From the NCBI GenBank assembly GCA_951406725.2, contig OX597821.1:37138001-37202000 (forward strand): a stretch of 64,000 nucleotides of DNA, written 5' to 3'. The notes under the pieces were generated by a model, which saw only the letters and a program-made list of their open reading frames with translations, was not told the origin of the DNA and made no database searches. The position numbers and the translations under genes were made by a program. Shown one piece after another: positions 51,356 to 63,748 of the stretch (the stretch's first letter is position 1; every line of letters starts with the position of its first letter). The DNA comes from Octopus vulgaris. Taxonomy: Eukaryota.

Positions 51356-51480
51356 TTCTCACTGTAGACAAAAAAGTGTAAACACACCATGATTACTTTG
51401 AAGTGCTCCCTTCAAGATCAATGGATGCATGCACTTCAAACTGGCCGTGATGTGTTTACTCTTTCTGTCTACAGTGAGAA
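51356..51480. repeat. 125-bp imperfect palindrome (fold-back)
   Basis: TTCTCACTGTAGACA..GTAAACAC..TTTGAAGTGC / GCACTTCAAA..GTGTTTAC..TGTCTACAGTGAGAA. Confidence 0.85.
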
Positions 51481-51900
51481 GTAAACTGTACGATGCATGT
51501 GTGCAAACAGCCATGCTCGCACAAAAGTGAAACATGGGCCGTGACTGCTGAGGACATATGTAGGCTTGAAAGAAATGAAGCTAGTATGATCTGCTGGATG
51601 TGTAATGTCAGTGTGCATACACGACAGAGTGTAAGCGCCTTGAGAGAAAGGCTATCATGCAAGAAGCATCAGATGTGGTGTACAAGACAGATGATTGTGC
51701 TGGTATGGTTATGTGATGCGTATGGATGAGGAGAGCTGTGTGAAGAAGTGTCACACCCAAACAATGGAAGGAGCCCATGGGATGAGGTAATGAAGCACGA
51801 CTTTTACAGAGGAAATGACAAGAGACCGAGACCTTTGGAGATATGCTGTGATTGAGAAGGCCCAACAAGTGAGATCAAAGCCATAGCCTATACCAGTGCT
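51480..51900 (+). mobile_element. RTE 3'-end fragment
   Basis: SETWAVTAEDICRLERNEASMICWMCNVS. Confidence 0.8.
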
Positions 51901-52159
51901 ATAGAGTGCTAGTAAGTGACAAAAGACTTGGGTATGTATAGAGTTGGGGGGGGGCTACCAGATATGAATGATAGAGAGGAACAGAAGTATGAGAACAGGA
52001 TTGAGGAGTAAGGCTAGATATAATGTATGAAGAAGTTACATATGGGTGGACACACAAGTCGGGGGGCTAGCAGATAGCAATAATAGAGTGAGCCAGAGCA
52101 TGTGGGTAGAACGCATAGGTCGGGAGCAAGCTTAACAGCCTAAATTTCTATAAGGCTGA

Positions 52160-53170
52160 TGGGAAGTCACTTGAAAAATAGATACTCCAGCAGGATTGGC
52201 CTACAAGCCTCTCTATGCAAGACATAGATATGAAACTCAACAAATTTGTGTCAATAATGTGAGCCATATGCATTAAATATGTACCAGAGAAGAGAGCCAA
52301 TACACACAAAAACATCATTCTCCTTGACAGAACAATACTCATGTGGTGGAAAATAAAGATCTCAAATTGTTTAAATAAACACCTCAATGACAGTATGAAA
52401 TCCCACCTGACAGAGAAACACTTTGAGATTGAAAATAAACTCAAACTCTCCAATAAAAAAGAAAGAGAAAAAAGAGAAAGCTGGGCGGTCAAAAATATAA
52501 AAAGAAATCCTAAAGCCTTCTACATATTGGCAAAGGAGTCTGCCTCATTAGACTATAAGATAGGGCCACTATTTGGTAAAAATGGCTCACTAACAGCAGA
52601 CCAGGGGAAGACAAGTTAAGCACTAAATAAACCCTTCCAAAGTATTTTCACTTCTCCACTGGAAAATCTGCAAATAAACAAGCCTGAGGGGTTTTTCAAT
52701 GTAACAAATCTATTCGGAAAAGAGGCAACCATTGATTACATCAACATAACAGAAAAGGATGTAGTATCGGCCATTGATGAGATCAAACTCAGCAACAGGC
52801 CCTGATGGACTCACGGCTGTTCTCTTAAAGGCATATAAAAAGGCTCTTTCAAAGCCACTGCAGATACTTTTGCAGAGTTTCCTTGCATGTAGTAAACTTC
52901 CCAACATGCTAAAAGAGGATATAATATGTCCTGTCCATAAAGGAGGGAGCAGAGCAGATGCTAAAAATTACAGGCCCATCTCTCTGACTTCAAATGTTAT
53001 CAGAAAAGGCTATCATGTTCCAAGAAGAAAACAACCATCTCACAAACATGCAACATGGCTAACATCCAGGGAGGAACTGCCTCACACAGCTGCTGCAGCA
53101 CTTTGACTGCGTACTGAAGCAACAGCTAAACCAGTCAGCTGTAGATGTGATATACCTTGACTTTGCCAAG
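52160..53170 (+). mobile_element. CR1/Jockey-group LINE fragment, homologous to 44480-45450
   Basis: NIKRNPKAFY, SATGPDG, PVHKGGSRADAKNYRPISLTS, YLDFAK. Confidence 0.85.
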
Positions 53171-53286
53171 GCCTCCTGGCTTGCCTTCCCTCAGTCAAAC
53201 CGTCCAATCCATGCCAGCATAGAAAGCAGACATTAAACGACGATGATACATATATATACACACATATTAAATATATATATGTATGT

Positions 53287-53322
<36 letters not shown>

Positions 53323-53622
53323 ACATACATATATTTAATGTGTGTGTATATATATGTATCATACACACATATATACATATATATACACACACATTAAATA
53401 TATATATGTAAACAAACATACATTAAATTCAACTTACATTGAAAGTCAACAAACAAAGTTTGCCTCAGAAGCATTGAGATGTATTGGAAGATACAGATAA
53501 GGAAATAATTTTATTCTCAAATGCAGGATAATGCTAATAATATAGTTTAACCTGTTCATGTTATATTACTAGCATTATCCTCATTTGATAATAAAATTTT
53601 TTTTGTATCCACATCTTTCAAT

Positions 53623-53668
<46 letters not shown>

Positions 53669-53669
53669 G

Positions 53670-54680
53670 TATGGGCAAAGTTCAGAAAGATCCTACTTCT
53701 GCTGGCAACAAAGGGCCTCTTGCTCAGAGAAAAAGGTAGACTGTATGATGCATTTGTGTGAAATACCATGCTATACAGCAATAAAATAGGGGCCATTACA
53801 GCAGAGGGAACGCTGTAATGAAGCTAGTATGATCTGCTGGATGTGAAAGCATCCTGAAAGAAAAGTGGGACATAGGAAGGATCAGATGCGGTGTGCAAGA
53901 GAGACGACTGCACTGGTATGGTTATATGTTGTGTATGGATGAGGACAGCTGTGTGAAGAAGTGTCACACACTAAGAGTGGAAGGAACCAGAGAAAGAGGT
54001 AGACCCTGGAAGGCATGGGATGAGGTGGTAAAGCATGACCTCCGAACGTTGGGCCTCACAGGGGCAATGACAAGACACCAAGACCTTTGGAGATGTGCTG
54101 TAATTGAGAAGTCCCAGCAAGTAAAGTGAGATCACAGCAAGTAAAGTGAGATCACAGCCATGGCCAATGCCAGTGTTGCATATCCGGCCCATTTAAAAAT
54201 ACCCTTGAATCATCAGACAATATGATGTGCTTGTGAAAACCTGTCAAGTCAAGTAAAATCAAAATTCTAGTTGTGGCCATTGCTGCCTAAGCACCATTTG
54301 AGCATGGGTGAATGCTAGTGCTACCTGACTGGTTCCCCATACCAGTGGCATGTAAAAAGCACCATGTGAATGTGGTCAATGTCAGTTCCACCTGACTGGC
54401 TCCCATGCTGGTGGCATGTAAAAAGCACCATCCAAACATGGTCAATGCCAGTGCCTGCTGACTGGCTCCCATGCCAGCAGCACATAAAAAGTGCTATCCG
54501 AATGTGGTAGATGCCAGTGCCCGCCAACTGGCTCCCATACCGGTGGCATGTAAAAAGCACCCACTACACCCTTGGAGCGGTTGGTGTTAGGAAGGGCATC
54601 TAGCTGTAGAAACCTTGCCAGATCAGACTGAAGCCTGGTGCAGCATTCCAGCTCTAGTCAAACGTCCAACCCATGCCAGA
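53670..54680 (+). mobile_element. RTE 3' end with family-3 tail containing a minisatellite of about 61 bp
   Basis: QERRLHWYG..RGRPWKAWDEVVKHDL; four GGTGGCATGTAAAAAGCACC-type units at 54320-54560. Confidence 0.8.
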
Positions 54681-54814
54681 GTCATTTCCAGCTTAGGCAC
54701 GCCAAAACAAAGACATTTGAAATATACCCCTAAATATAATTGATAGAATTGTATGCATGTTCTCTCTCGTGAGGACGTCTCGTGTATAGTTCTGCAAATT
54801 ATATTTACTATGAT

Positions 54815-54880
54815 GGTCGCACTGATGATTTGCAGACATTTACATATGTAAATGGTAACAATGAAACCTGGTATTTGACT
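54815..54880 (+). ncRNA. Degenerate type I hammerhead ribozyme-like motif
   Basis: GGUCGCA CUGAUGA U UUG..CAUUUAC-AUAU-GUAAAUG..CAA U GAAA CC-U-GG UA UUUGACU. Confidence 0.5.
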
Positions 54881-55143
54881 AATCATTATATTTTGTATCT
54901 TTTCATTTGCCTTCCTCGCCTTACGTTCTGGTGTTTGCCAAATTTTCTTGAGAGCAATTTTTTCTTAGTGGTCAGACCATATGAGGTCTACATTTAGCAT
55001 ATTAAGAGTCCATCTAGTGGTCACTTCTCTTATATGTAATATAATTTTCTGAACCTTCAGATTTTTTCAATATGCTAGGCTAATGGTTTAAATTGATATT
55101 ATTCAAAGTAATATCAATTTTTTTTACCCTTATTATTTAAATG

Positions 55144-55177
<34 letters not shown>

Positions 55178-55288
55178 TACATATACATACACACATAATC
55201 AAAAGTACAGAAATGTACTCCAAATAAGGTGACATAATCCAATGGTAGAGGGAACATAGATATACATATATATACATATATATATATA

Positions 55289-55587
55289 CTAGCAGTATCG
55301 CCCGGCGTTGCTCGGGTTTGTAAGGGAAATAACTATATAAGCATTTTTAGAGAGTTACTTCTCTTATATAAACCGAGCAAAAATGCATTAAAAATGCGAA
55401 AAAATGATGGTAAATTTTTTTTTAAATCGTAGACTCATCGTAGACGTGCGTTAATACCCAGAAGGGCTCAATATGAATCACAACTATAAGATACCCGCTT
55501 TTGGTTAAACTGCACCGTAAAATGTGGGAGTAGTTAGGAATCTAAATCAGAGTAGACAGACTCTCACACAACTTCACTTTTATATAT
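55289..55587 (-). mobile_element. Non-autonomous Helitron-like element, family B (internally deleted)
   Basis: 3' hairpin CCCGAGCAACGCCGGG plus CTAG|T; homologous to the 62248 and 63362 copies. Confidence 0.85.
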
Positions 55588-55629
55588 TATATAAATATAT
55601 ATATACACACACACACACAAATATATACA

Positions 55630-56330
55630 TATCATCATCATGTAATGTACATTGTCCCTGCTGGCATGGGTTGGAGGCTGGAAGGTTGCACTAGGATCCA
55701 GTCTGATTTGGCATGGTTTTCTATGGTTAGATGCCCTTCCTAATGCCAACCACTCCGAGAGTGTAATGGGTGCTTTTATGTGCCACCTGCATGGGTGCCA
55801 TTTCCATGACACCGGTATCTGCCACAACTGCAATTTTGCTCAGCTTGGTGGGTCTTCTTCTCAAGCACGACATAATGCCAAAGGTCTTGGTCATTGCCTC
55901 CGTGAGGCCCAACACTGGAAAAAAGGAGCTCAGCCACTTTGCTGCCTGACTGGATTTGATGCTGGTGGCACACAATAAGAACCATTCATGCATGGGTTGT
56001 AGTGAGTACCGCCTGACTGACTTCCCGTGCCGGTGGCACATAAAAAGCACCATCCAAACATGGTTGATGCCAGCCCCACCCCCATCCCAACTGGCTCCTG
56101 TGCTGGTAGCACATAAAAAGCACCACCCGAATGTGGCTGATACCAGTGCTGCCTGACAGGCTCCCATGCCGGTGGCACATAAAAAGCACCAGAGTGGTTG
56201 GCATTAGGAAGGTCATCCAGCTGCAAAAAACATTGGAGCCTGGTGCAGATTAGTGGCTTGCCAGTCCCCAGTCACACCGTCCAACCCATGCCAGCATGGA
56301 AAACAGACGTTAAACAATAATGATGATGAT
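55630..56330. mobile_element. Two opposed SINE family 3 copies with minisatellite
   Basis: (CAT)n start at about 55630 and (ATG)n end at about 56330; repeated GGTGGCACATAAAAAGCACC. Confidence 0.75.
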
Positions 56331-56553
56331 ATACACATATATGTGTCTGTCTGTGTGCATGTATAGTAATATAGTAATCCAATACAAACAAATGTGATGA
56401 AGCATGTCCATGTTACGGAAATCCAGAAGAGCCAATTGAAATTTCATGTGGAATATATAAAGCATTAAGTCAGGAGGTGTGTGAAGTAAATAGATATTTC
56501 ACCACATGATATCCTTGGGAGTAGGGGTGTTTTGTAACCTTTTTTATATAGTA

Positions 56554-56889
56554 CTAGTGCATGCATATACAGCTCCGTGCGTGTGCACATACATGCGAGT
56601 ACTGTCCAAATCTCCGACCAATCACATACAGTAGCTGGCATTCAATTGGCGTATCAAGTTTCGGGCATTTTGATTGGGTTTTGGATAGAATATTCACAAA
56701 AAAGTCACTTCTATTGATTTTTTAATGGCTTTGCGGGGTGACTGCGGAAATGTAAAGATGTGCACAACCACCCTTGGACGGTTTTGAATGACCATAGAAA
56801 GTGCAAGCCTTCTAACTGAAAAATTGTGAATTTGTATAAAGGACATGCACACACACAGACATTTTGCCGTTTATATATATAGAAATAGA
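56554..56889 (-). mobile_element. Helitron-like family A copy
   Basis: Reverse complement of 18325-18651. Confidence 0.75.
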
Positions 56890-57089
56890 TTTCAATGTGG
56901 AAGAAATTATGCATATTAATTGTATTAATATGTATGCTTAGCATTATATGTTATTATTGTATATCCACAAATTAATGCAAATTTAGAAAGCTAACTCATC
57001 AGATCACCAGGAGATTATTGTTTATTTTTAGAATGACAATGTTAAGTATGTGTGAGAAGCCAGATCTAGTTGGTTTGAATATAAACCGC

Positions 57090-57455
57090 CCCTGTGCCGG
57101 TGGCACATAGCACCATCTGTTCGTGGCCGTTGCCAGCCTCGCCTGGCCCCCGTGCCAGTGGCACGTAAAAGCACCATCTGTTTATGGCTGTTGCCAGTCT
57201 CACCTGGCCCCCGTGCCGGTGGCACGTAAAAAGCACCATCCGATTGTGGCCGTTTGCCAGCTCCGTCTGGCACCTGTGTGGGTGGCACGTAAAAAGCACC
57301 CACTACACTCACGGAGTGGTTGGCGTTAGGAAGGGCATCCAGCCGTAGAAACACTGCCAGATCAGACTGGGCCTGATGCAGCCTTCTGGCTTCACAGACC
57401 CCAGTTGAACCGTCCAACCCATGCTAGCATGGAAAGCGGACGCTAAATGATGATG
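57090..57455 (+). mobile_element. SINE family 3 with internal tandem repeats of about 58 bp
   Basis: Repeats of GTGCCGGTGGCACGTAAAAAGCACCATC; ends GGAAAGCGGACGCTAAATGATGATG. Confidence 0.85.
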
Positions 57456-59399
57456 ATCATGAATATCTGGACCTGATACGGCCAGTTTAAATGCCCAGAT
57501 GGCACACTAGAAGTAGTTGATAGTTTTTGTTATTTAGAAGATATAAATAACAAGGGAGGTTATGGCTCTGAATGTATAGCAGTTACAGTGATAGATGAGT
57601 TGGAGAAACTCTGCTGCTAACAATAGAGATGATCTTCTTCAAAGTGAAGAGCAGAGTGTTACATGGTAGTGAAACATGGGACTTGAAAATAAGGGAAAGA
57701 AATGAAGCAAGCATGTTCCATTAGATGTGCAATGTAGAATAAACCATGCTGAAAGAAAAACTGAGCACAAGCAGAATTATATAGTGTATGCAAGAAAGAA
57801 AATTGCACTGGTATGGACATGCAGTAAATATGGACATGGGTAGCTGTATAAAGAAATGGCAATCATTTAAGGTGGATGGAGTTTGTGGAAGAGGGAGAGA
57901 CCCAGGAAGATATAGAACTGACTGCTGATCTCAGGACCTTGAACCTCACATAGATGACAAAGGACTAGGCTGACAGGCAATACACAGTTCCTGAGAAGAC
58001 CCACTTAAACCAGTGAAACATCAGGCAGTATTATGTATGTATATGCCCGAATGGAAAACAGACATATGATGATGGTATATATGCACAGCAGAGTACCTCA
58101 CCCAATTTCAAGATATCCTCACCACCCATCATCTCTCTATTTACAGTTTTCCTTGATACCACTAATCTGTCACACTACATGAAACAATTACACCTGATAT
58201 CCATCCTTTATCCTTATACTGTCATCTCCAACCACATTTTACACTGATCACATCCATCCCTGAGTCACTAAATTCTCTCCCTCTCTCCATCTCTCACTTA
58301 AAGAATTTGAATTATGTCGTCTTTGAATGTAGTCGTAAAGCTAGATGGTGTAGAATCAATATGAGGTCTGCTCAATCCAGAGAGAGTGGTGTTCTCCAAT
58401 TTGCCAAAAGAAATTTGTCCATATGTTTGCATTTGCTGAAAATTTCTTATCTGGGATTCTGCAGCATGGTGGAATTTTTAGATCTTAAAATAGCTAACCA
58501 CCTATCTTCTAACTCATGGACAAAAGTAAAGCCACTAAATTGGCTAGCGACATATGGGGTTTGAAGACCAACTCTATGTCACGTACAATCAAGGGGAAAA
58601 CAACAGAAGAATCAATGTCATATACTAATGGATCAAAAAAATGTTAGTATGTGCAACTGAATGATCAAATATCCTTTTTAGATCCAAGAATTGAACTGCA
58701 CTGCTGGATTCCAGATCAGAAATTTTCATCAATTACAAACATATGGAGAAGTTTCTTTTGGCAAATTAGAGAAAAGTCACTCTCCAGATTGAGCAGCTGT
58801 GTCGCAGACTTTAGACCCCTTCCATTGATTCGAGCCTTATGATTCTACGGTCAAAGGGGACTTAACACTAATTTCTCTTTTTTCTTTTTCCCGTTTTTTC
58901 ACTCTACCACTTTTTGAACCCACCTTCATCTCATTTTTTAGATTACTCTTGTTCTGTCCTGATTAGTAACTTGTAAAGACCATGTGCTCAGAGCCCAGAG
59001 ATTACTTGAAGGCACTAGGCATATTTTAAAATCTGCCTAGATAACATCTTCAATGTATGAAACTATCAGTAGCTCATAATTATATATTATGTACACTAAC
59101 CAATACCTCTCACTAGATAGAGTTGTTTTTTTTTATCTTACCTTAATGGAAAAGCAAACTAAATATATATATAACCTGTCATCTCTGAATACCTTATACA
59201 TTTAGATAATCACGCTGTTATCTAATACCCAGTGCAGAATTGTTTGGTAAGTTAGGTTGAAATGGATCTACAATATAATTTGATTAGTACATCCACTCTA
59301 TTGACATATATATATATTGACAAATGGATTTTTAGATGACACTATATGTGTATGTGTGTGTATGGAGAGAAGGGGGGGGGACTCCTTGTCTGGAACATA

Positions 59400-59670
59400 T
59401 TCTATCGGTTTCTTGTGGCGACACCGCTAAGTAATCATGTCTAAAGAAATTATTACTGGTGGTCAAGCGATGAAACAAATGCGCGCGTGCGCGTGCACAC
59501 ACATATAAAATGATCTTCCACGCACTTTCTGTTTTCAAAATTCACTCGAAAGTCATTGGTCGACCCGGATCTAAAGTAGAAATAGTTACTCAAGCTGCCA
59601 TGCAATGGGACCGAGCCCGAAACCACGTGGTTGCGAAGCGAACGTTTTAACCACAAAGCCATACCTACAC
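59400..59670 (-). mobile_element. Old SINE family 2-related copy
   Basis: Minus strand GGTATGGCTTTGTGGTTAAAACGTTCGCTTCGCAACCACGTGGTTTCGGGCTCGGTCCCA is a tRNA-like head. Confidence 0.65.
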
Positions 59671-59909
59671 CCATCCACATAAATTGTGTTATATATGATA
59701 TATATACATACATACATACTTACATACATACACGCACGCATGTATACATACACATATATGGAAATATATACATATCTGTATACGCACACACCATATATAT
59801 TTTATATGAAATATATATATAAATTATATCATAATTTTGTAAGGCATAGATATTGTATAACATACATAATAATGTATAATACATCATATATAATACATAA
59901 TAATCATTC

Positions 59910-60040
59910 ATATATATATATATAAATATATATATACATACATATATATTTATACATACATATTTATACATACATATATAAATAAGAAAATGGAGGAACA
60001 AATTCATTTCGATCATCAACTTACAGATATTACAATATAT

Positions 60041-60071
<31 letters not shown>

Positions 60072-60165
60072 CATGCATATATACATACATGCATATATAA
60101 TATACATACATATATATATACATACATATATATACATATATATATATATACATATATATATATAC

Positions 60166-60226
<61 letters not shown>

Positions 60227-60242
60227 CATACTTATATATATA

Positions 60243-60296
<54 letters not shown>

Positions 60297-60301
60297 CATA
60301 C

Positions 60302-60338
<37 letters not shown>

Positions 60339-60491
60339 CATACATATATATATATACATACATATATATATATACATACATACACATATATATACATAAA
60401 TATATATATACATACATATATATATATATATACATATATATACATACATATATATATATACATACATATATATATATATACATACATACTT

Positions 60492-60538
<47 letters not shown>

Positions 60539-60570
60539 CATACATATATGTATATATATATATAATACAT
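59910..60570. repeat. Compound (TA)n/(TACA)n microsatellite array in cyclin D intron 1
   Basis: Seen directly; the source of the spurious YI/MY ORFs. Confidence 0.95.
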
Positions 60571-60644
60571 ATAATACATAGGATGAAATAAGCAATATTT
60601 CTATTACATATAAGATTAGCGTTATTAACAAAAGGTTATTATAC

Positions 60645-60839
60645 CTCCAACATCCATTGGGCTACCATGACTCTCATGTGTGGCTTTAAGTCGTCCTGAA
60701 CACATGTAAAGTAGTTTGCTGATGGCTGATATCTTTCTTCGGTGCTGAGGAGATTCTGTAAAACACGGTCATCATCAATTAGGTTTGGATCTTCGTAAGC
60801 TCTTCTTAGTGTATCAGTTTCACAACATATTAGATCCAT
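60645..60839 (-). CDS. CCND: Cyclin D exon 1
   Basis: MDLICCE (LxCxE Rb-binding motif), [26 protein letters not shown]...P.MR..VA.WMLE; gtataa donor. Confidence 0.97.
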
Positions 60840-60914
60840 TTTGAATTCTTGATCCTCGTTTTTTTTTTTTGGCCAGGAAAAATTATGAATCAAGTAGACA
60901 CCTCATTCACACAT

Positions 60915-60915
60915 G

Positions 60916-60986
<71 letters not shown>
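60915..60986. repeat. (TA)n microsatellite upstream of the cyclin D ATG
   Basis: Seen directly. Confidence 0.95.
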
Positions 60987-60989
<3 letters not shown>

Positions 60990-61499
60990 TGTTTGGGTGT
61001 ATGATTTGTTACTGTGGGGAGGTTGTGGGGTGAGGGTGAGTTCGTAAAATGTTATAAAAAGTTTGTAATTATTAAAAAACGAAATGTGATTGTTTGAGAA
61101 AAATCCTTATTTGTGTACACTCACTGAATCTTTTAAGTGATTTCAAGAACTGTGGTCACACAACTGTTTTCTTCGTGTCCGTGATGAGTCTTTATAATTT
61201 CTTAAAGTTTTATTCTTCATAGTTCCGAAAATAAATAATCGCAAGTCAAAAACTGGATTATAAAGTTTCCTACTTTTAACCTGCTTAATTAATATCAGAA
61301 GAGCACTGAACAATTAATTACTCACAGCCACCCAATTAATATTTTGCTGTGGCAATTAAAAGTACGTCTGAATATGCATGAATATATCAGTGGGATCTTT
61401 GAAGAACTGGCCGAACTCTTGTTATTAGCAGCCCAACGATGAATTCAATAACAACGAAAAGTTTTCAAAGAGATGAATAAAGAAATCTTTTCAGCAACC

Positions 61500-61600
61500 A
61501 TCAAGCAATAATAAACGGAAGGGACGACGACCAGTGTTTACGATGCGATTGCGCGGACGGCGAATCACGGAAAATGCCGAACAGAGGCGAACAACAACAA
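61500..61600 (-). promoter_or_regulatory. Candidate cyclin D promoter/TSS region (CpG-rich patch)
   Basis: A cluster of CpGs in otherwise CpG-poor unique DNA about 700 bp upstream of the ATG. The TSS cannot be determined from sequence. Confidence 0.35.
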
Positions 61601-62174
61601 TTAATTTTTAATTACAATTAACATTTGTTTTTGTTTTGTCTTTTTTTTTTTAATGAGTGTTGTGCTGGGATAAAATGTCACGTTTATGATTTGTTACTGT
61701 ATTGTAACAATAACAAACAGAAATCAGAAAAGGAAAGCGTACAAAGAGTGTAGCATTGATACATATTCAAAAAAAACAAAAAAACTTTGAGGACAACTTC
61801 TGCTATGGTTGTTGCCAAATGATTTACATCAAGTTATAAAGTAAACAAGCAGGAAGAAAAGATCCAACAGCTTCTCTATTCGTAATATTATATACAGCGG
61901 AGAGCATAGTATCAGAGTTTGGTTTTTTTTTGGTTTTTTAATCAAGGGCTTATAATTTTTTTGTTTTTTAATCAAGGGCTTATAATTTCTGTTAATTAAA
62001 ATAACAGACCATTCACACACTCACTATATGTATGTAACTTGGTGGCCGAGTACCAGACTTCATTCAACCTTTTAATTAACCTATGTAAATTATTTGTGTC
62101 AGTGTGTGTGATTGTTTGTGTGTGTGTGAGTGTGTGTGTGTGTGCGTGCGCGCGTACGTGCATGAGTAGATGGA

Positions 62175-62206
<32 letters not shown>

Positions 62207-62247
62207 CGCGCTCACACACACACACATGAATACATGCATATATAATA

Positions 62248-62642
62248 CTAGCAGTATCGCCCGGCGTTGCTCGGACTTGTAAGGGAAATAACTATATAAG
62301 CATTTTTAGAGATGTAAAGTATAATAGCCATCTCAATATGGCTAGCCACAAAGGGGAGTGTTACTGTAGCTTTTTACGTTCTGAGATTAAATAGTACATT
62401 TTTAGAGAGTTACTTCCCTTATATAGTAGCAAAAAAATGCATTAAAAATGGGGAAAAAATTATGGTAATTTTTTTTTTATTCGTAGACTCATGGTAGACG
62501 CGCGCTAATACCCAGAAGGGCTCGATATGAATCACGACTATAAGATACCCGCTTTTGGTTAAACTGCACCACAAAATGTGGGAGTAGTTAGGAATCTAAA
62601 TCGTAGGAGACAGACACACAACTTCACTTTTATATATAAAGA
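62248..62642 (-). mobile_element. Helitron-like family B, full length
   Basis: A|TC 5' end; GC hairpin plus CTAG|T 3' end. Confidence 0.88.
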
Positions 62643-62869
62643 TTTACCAAGGATCTCTTCCAGAAGTTAATTTGCAGGAATCCTTCCAAAATTATTTCTT
62701 TCAACGTCATTGCCATTTGAAGTGAATAAAAAATGAATGAAAACAACTGAATGATTTAGTAGATTCAGTTAAGATACTTTGCATCTTTCTTCTAAAATAA
62801 TTAAAAGATACAATGGTAAGTAGCTTAAAGAAATAAAAAGAAGCTCGACCATTGGGCCTCACGGAGGCT

Positions 62870-63095
62870 ATGTGGTGATGCCGGTGTCACATAACTGACA
62901 TCCATGCTCATGGCACATCAAAGCACCTATTACACTCTCAAAGTGGTTGGCATTAAGATGGGCATCCAGCAACAGCAACCATGCCAAATCAAACTGGAGT
63001 CTGGTGCAGCCCTTCAGCTTGCCAGCCTTGGTCAAACTGTCCAACCCTTGCCAACATGGACAACAGACATTAAATGGTGGTGATGATGATGATGG
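62870..63095 (+). mobile_element. SINE family 3 copy
   Basis: ..GTCCAACCCTTGCCAACATGGACAACAGACATTAAATG..(ATG)n. Confidence 0.75.
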
Positions 63096-63361
63096 ATGGT
63101 TCAGAAAAAATTGTCTATGAATTTAAATTTATCTTTTAGCTATAGAATGGAAACAAAAACTAATCTGTAATTATTAGCAAGTTTTGAAGAAAGAAGAGAT
63201 AATTTCAATTAATTAAGAGCTGATTTTATTAAAATATTAATTAACAGCGAGTTTGGTAATTTACTAAAAAATAAGGTGACAGTTATGTTTCTATCTTTTT
63301 GGAACTTGTCATCAAAATATAACCAAACTTTAGTCTGCTTCATCAGTTAACAAAACTTAAA

Positions 63362-63748
63362 TCTTTATATATAAAAGTGAAGTTGTGTGTCTGTCTCCTA
63401 TGATTTAGATTCCTAACTACTCCCACATTTTGCGGTGCAGTGTAACCAAAAGCAGGTATCTTATAGTCGTGATTCATATCGAGCCCTTCTGGGTATTAGC
63501 ATGAGTCTACGATTTAAAAAAAAATTTACCATCATTTTTTCCCATTTTTAATGCATTTTTTTTTGCTATTATATAAGGGAAGTAACTCTCTAAAAATGTA
63601 CTATTAAATCTCAGAACGTAAAAAGCTACAGTAACACCCCCCCTTTGTGGCTAGCCATATTGAGATGGCTATTATACTTTACATCTCTAAAAATGCTTAT
63701 ATAGTTATTTCCCTTACAAACCCGAGCAACGCCGGGCGATACTGCTAG
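63362..63748 (+). mobile_element. Helitron-like family B, full length
   Basis: A|TCTTTATATATAAAAG ... CCCGAGCAACGCCGGG CGATACTG CTAG|T. Confidence 0.9.

Noticed and set aside
54320-57300. Regularly spaced GGTGGCACGTAAAAAGCACC repeats resembling a CRISPR array
   Set aside because: The spacers are homologous to each other, the repeats lie inside a SINE/RTE tail, the DNA is eukaryotic, and there are no cas genes. This is a minisatellite.
58300-58950. Possible LINE (L1/Tx1) remnant
   Set aside because: Too degenerate; no diagnostic motif is recognisable by eye.
59720-60631. 303-aa and overlapping YI/MY-rich ORFs
   Set aside because: Translations of a TA/TACA microsatellite.
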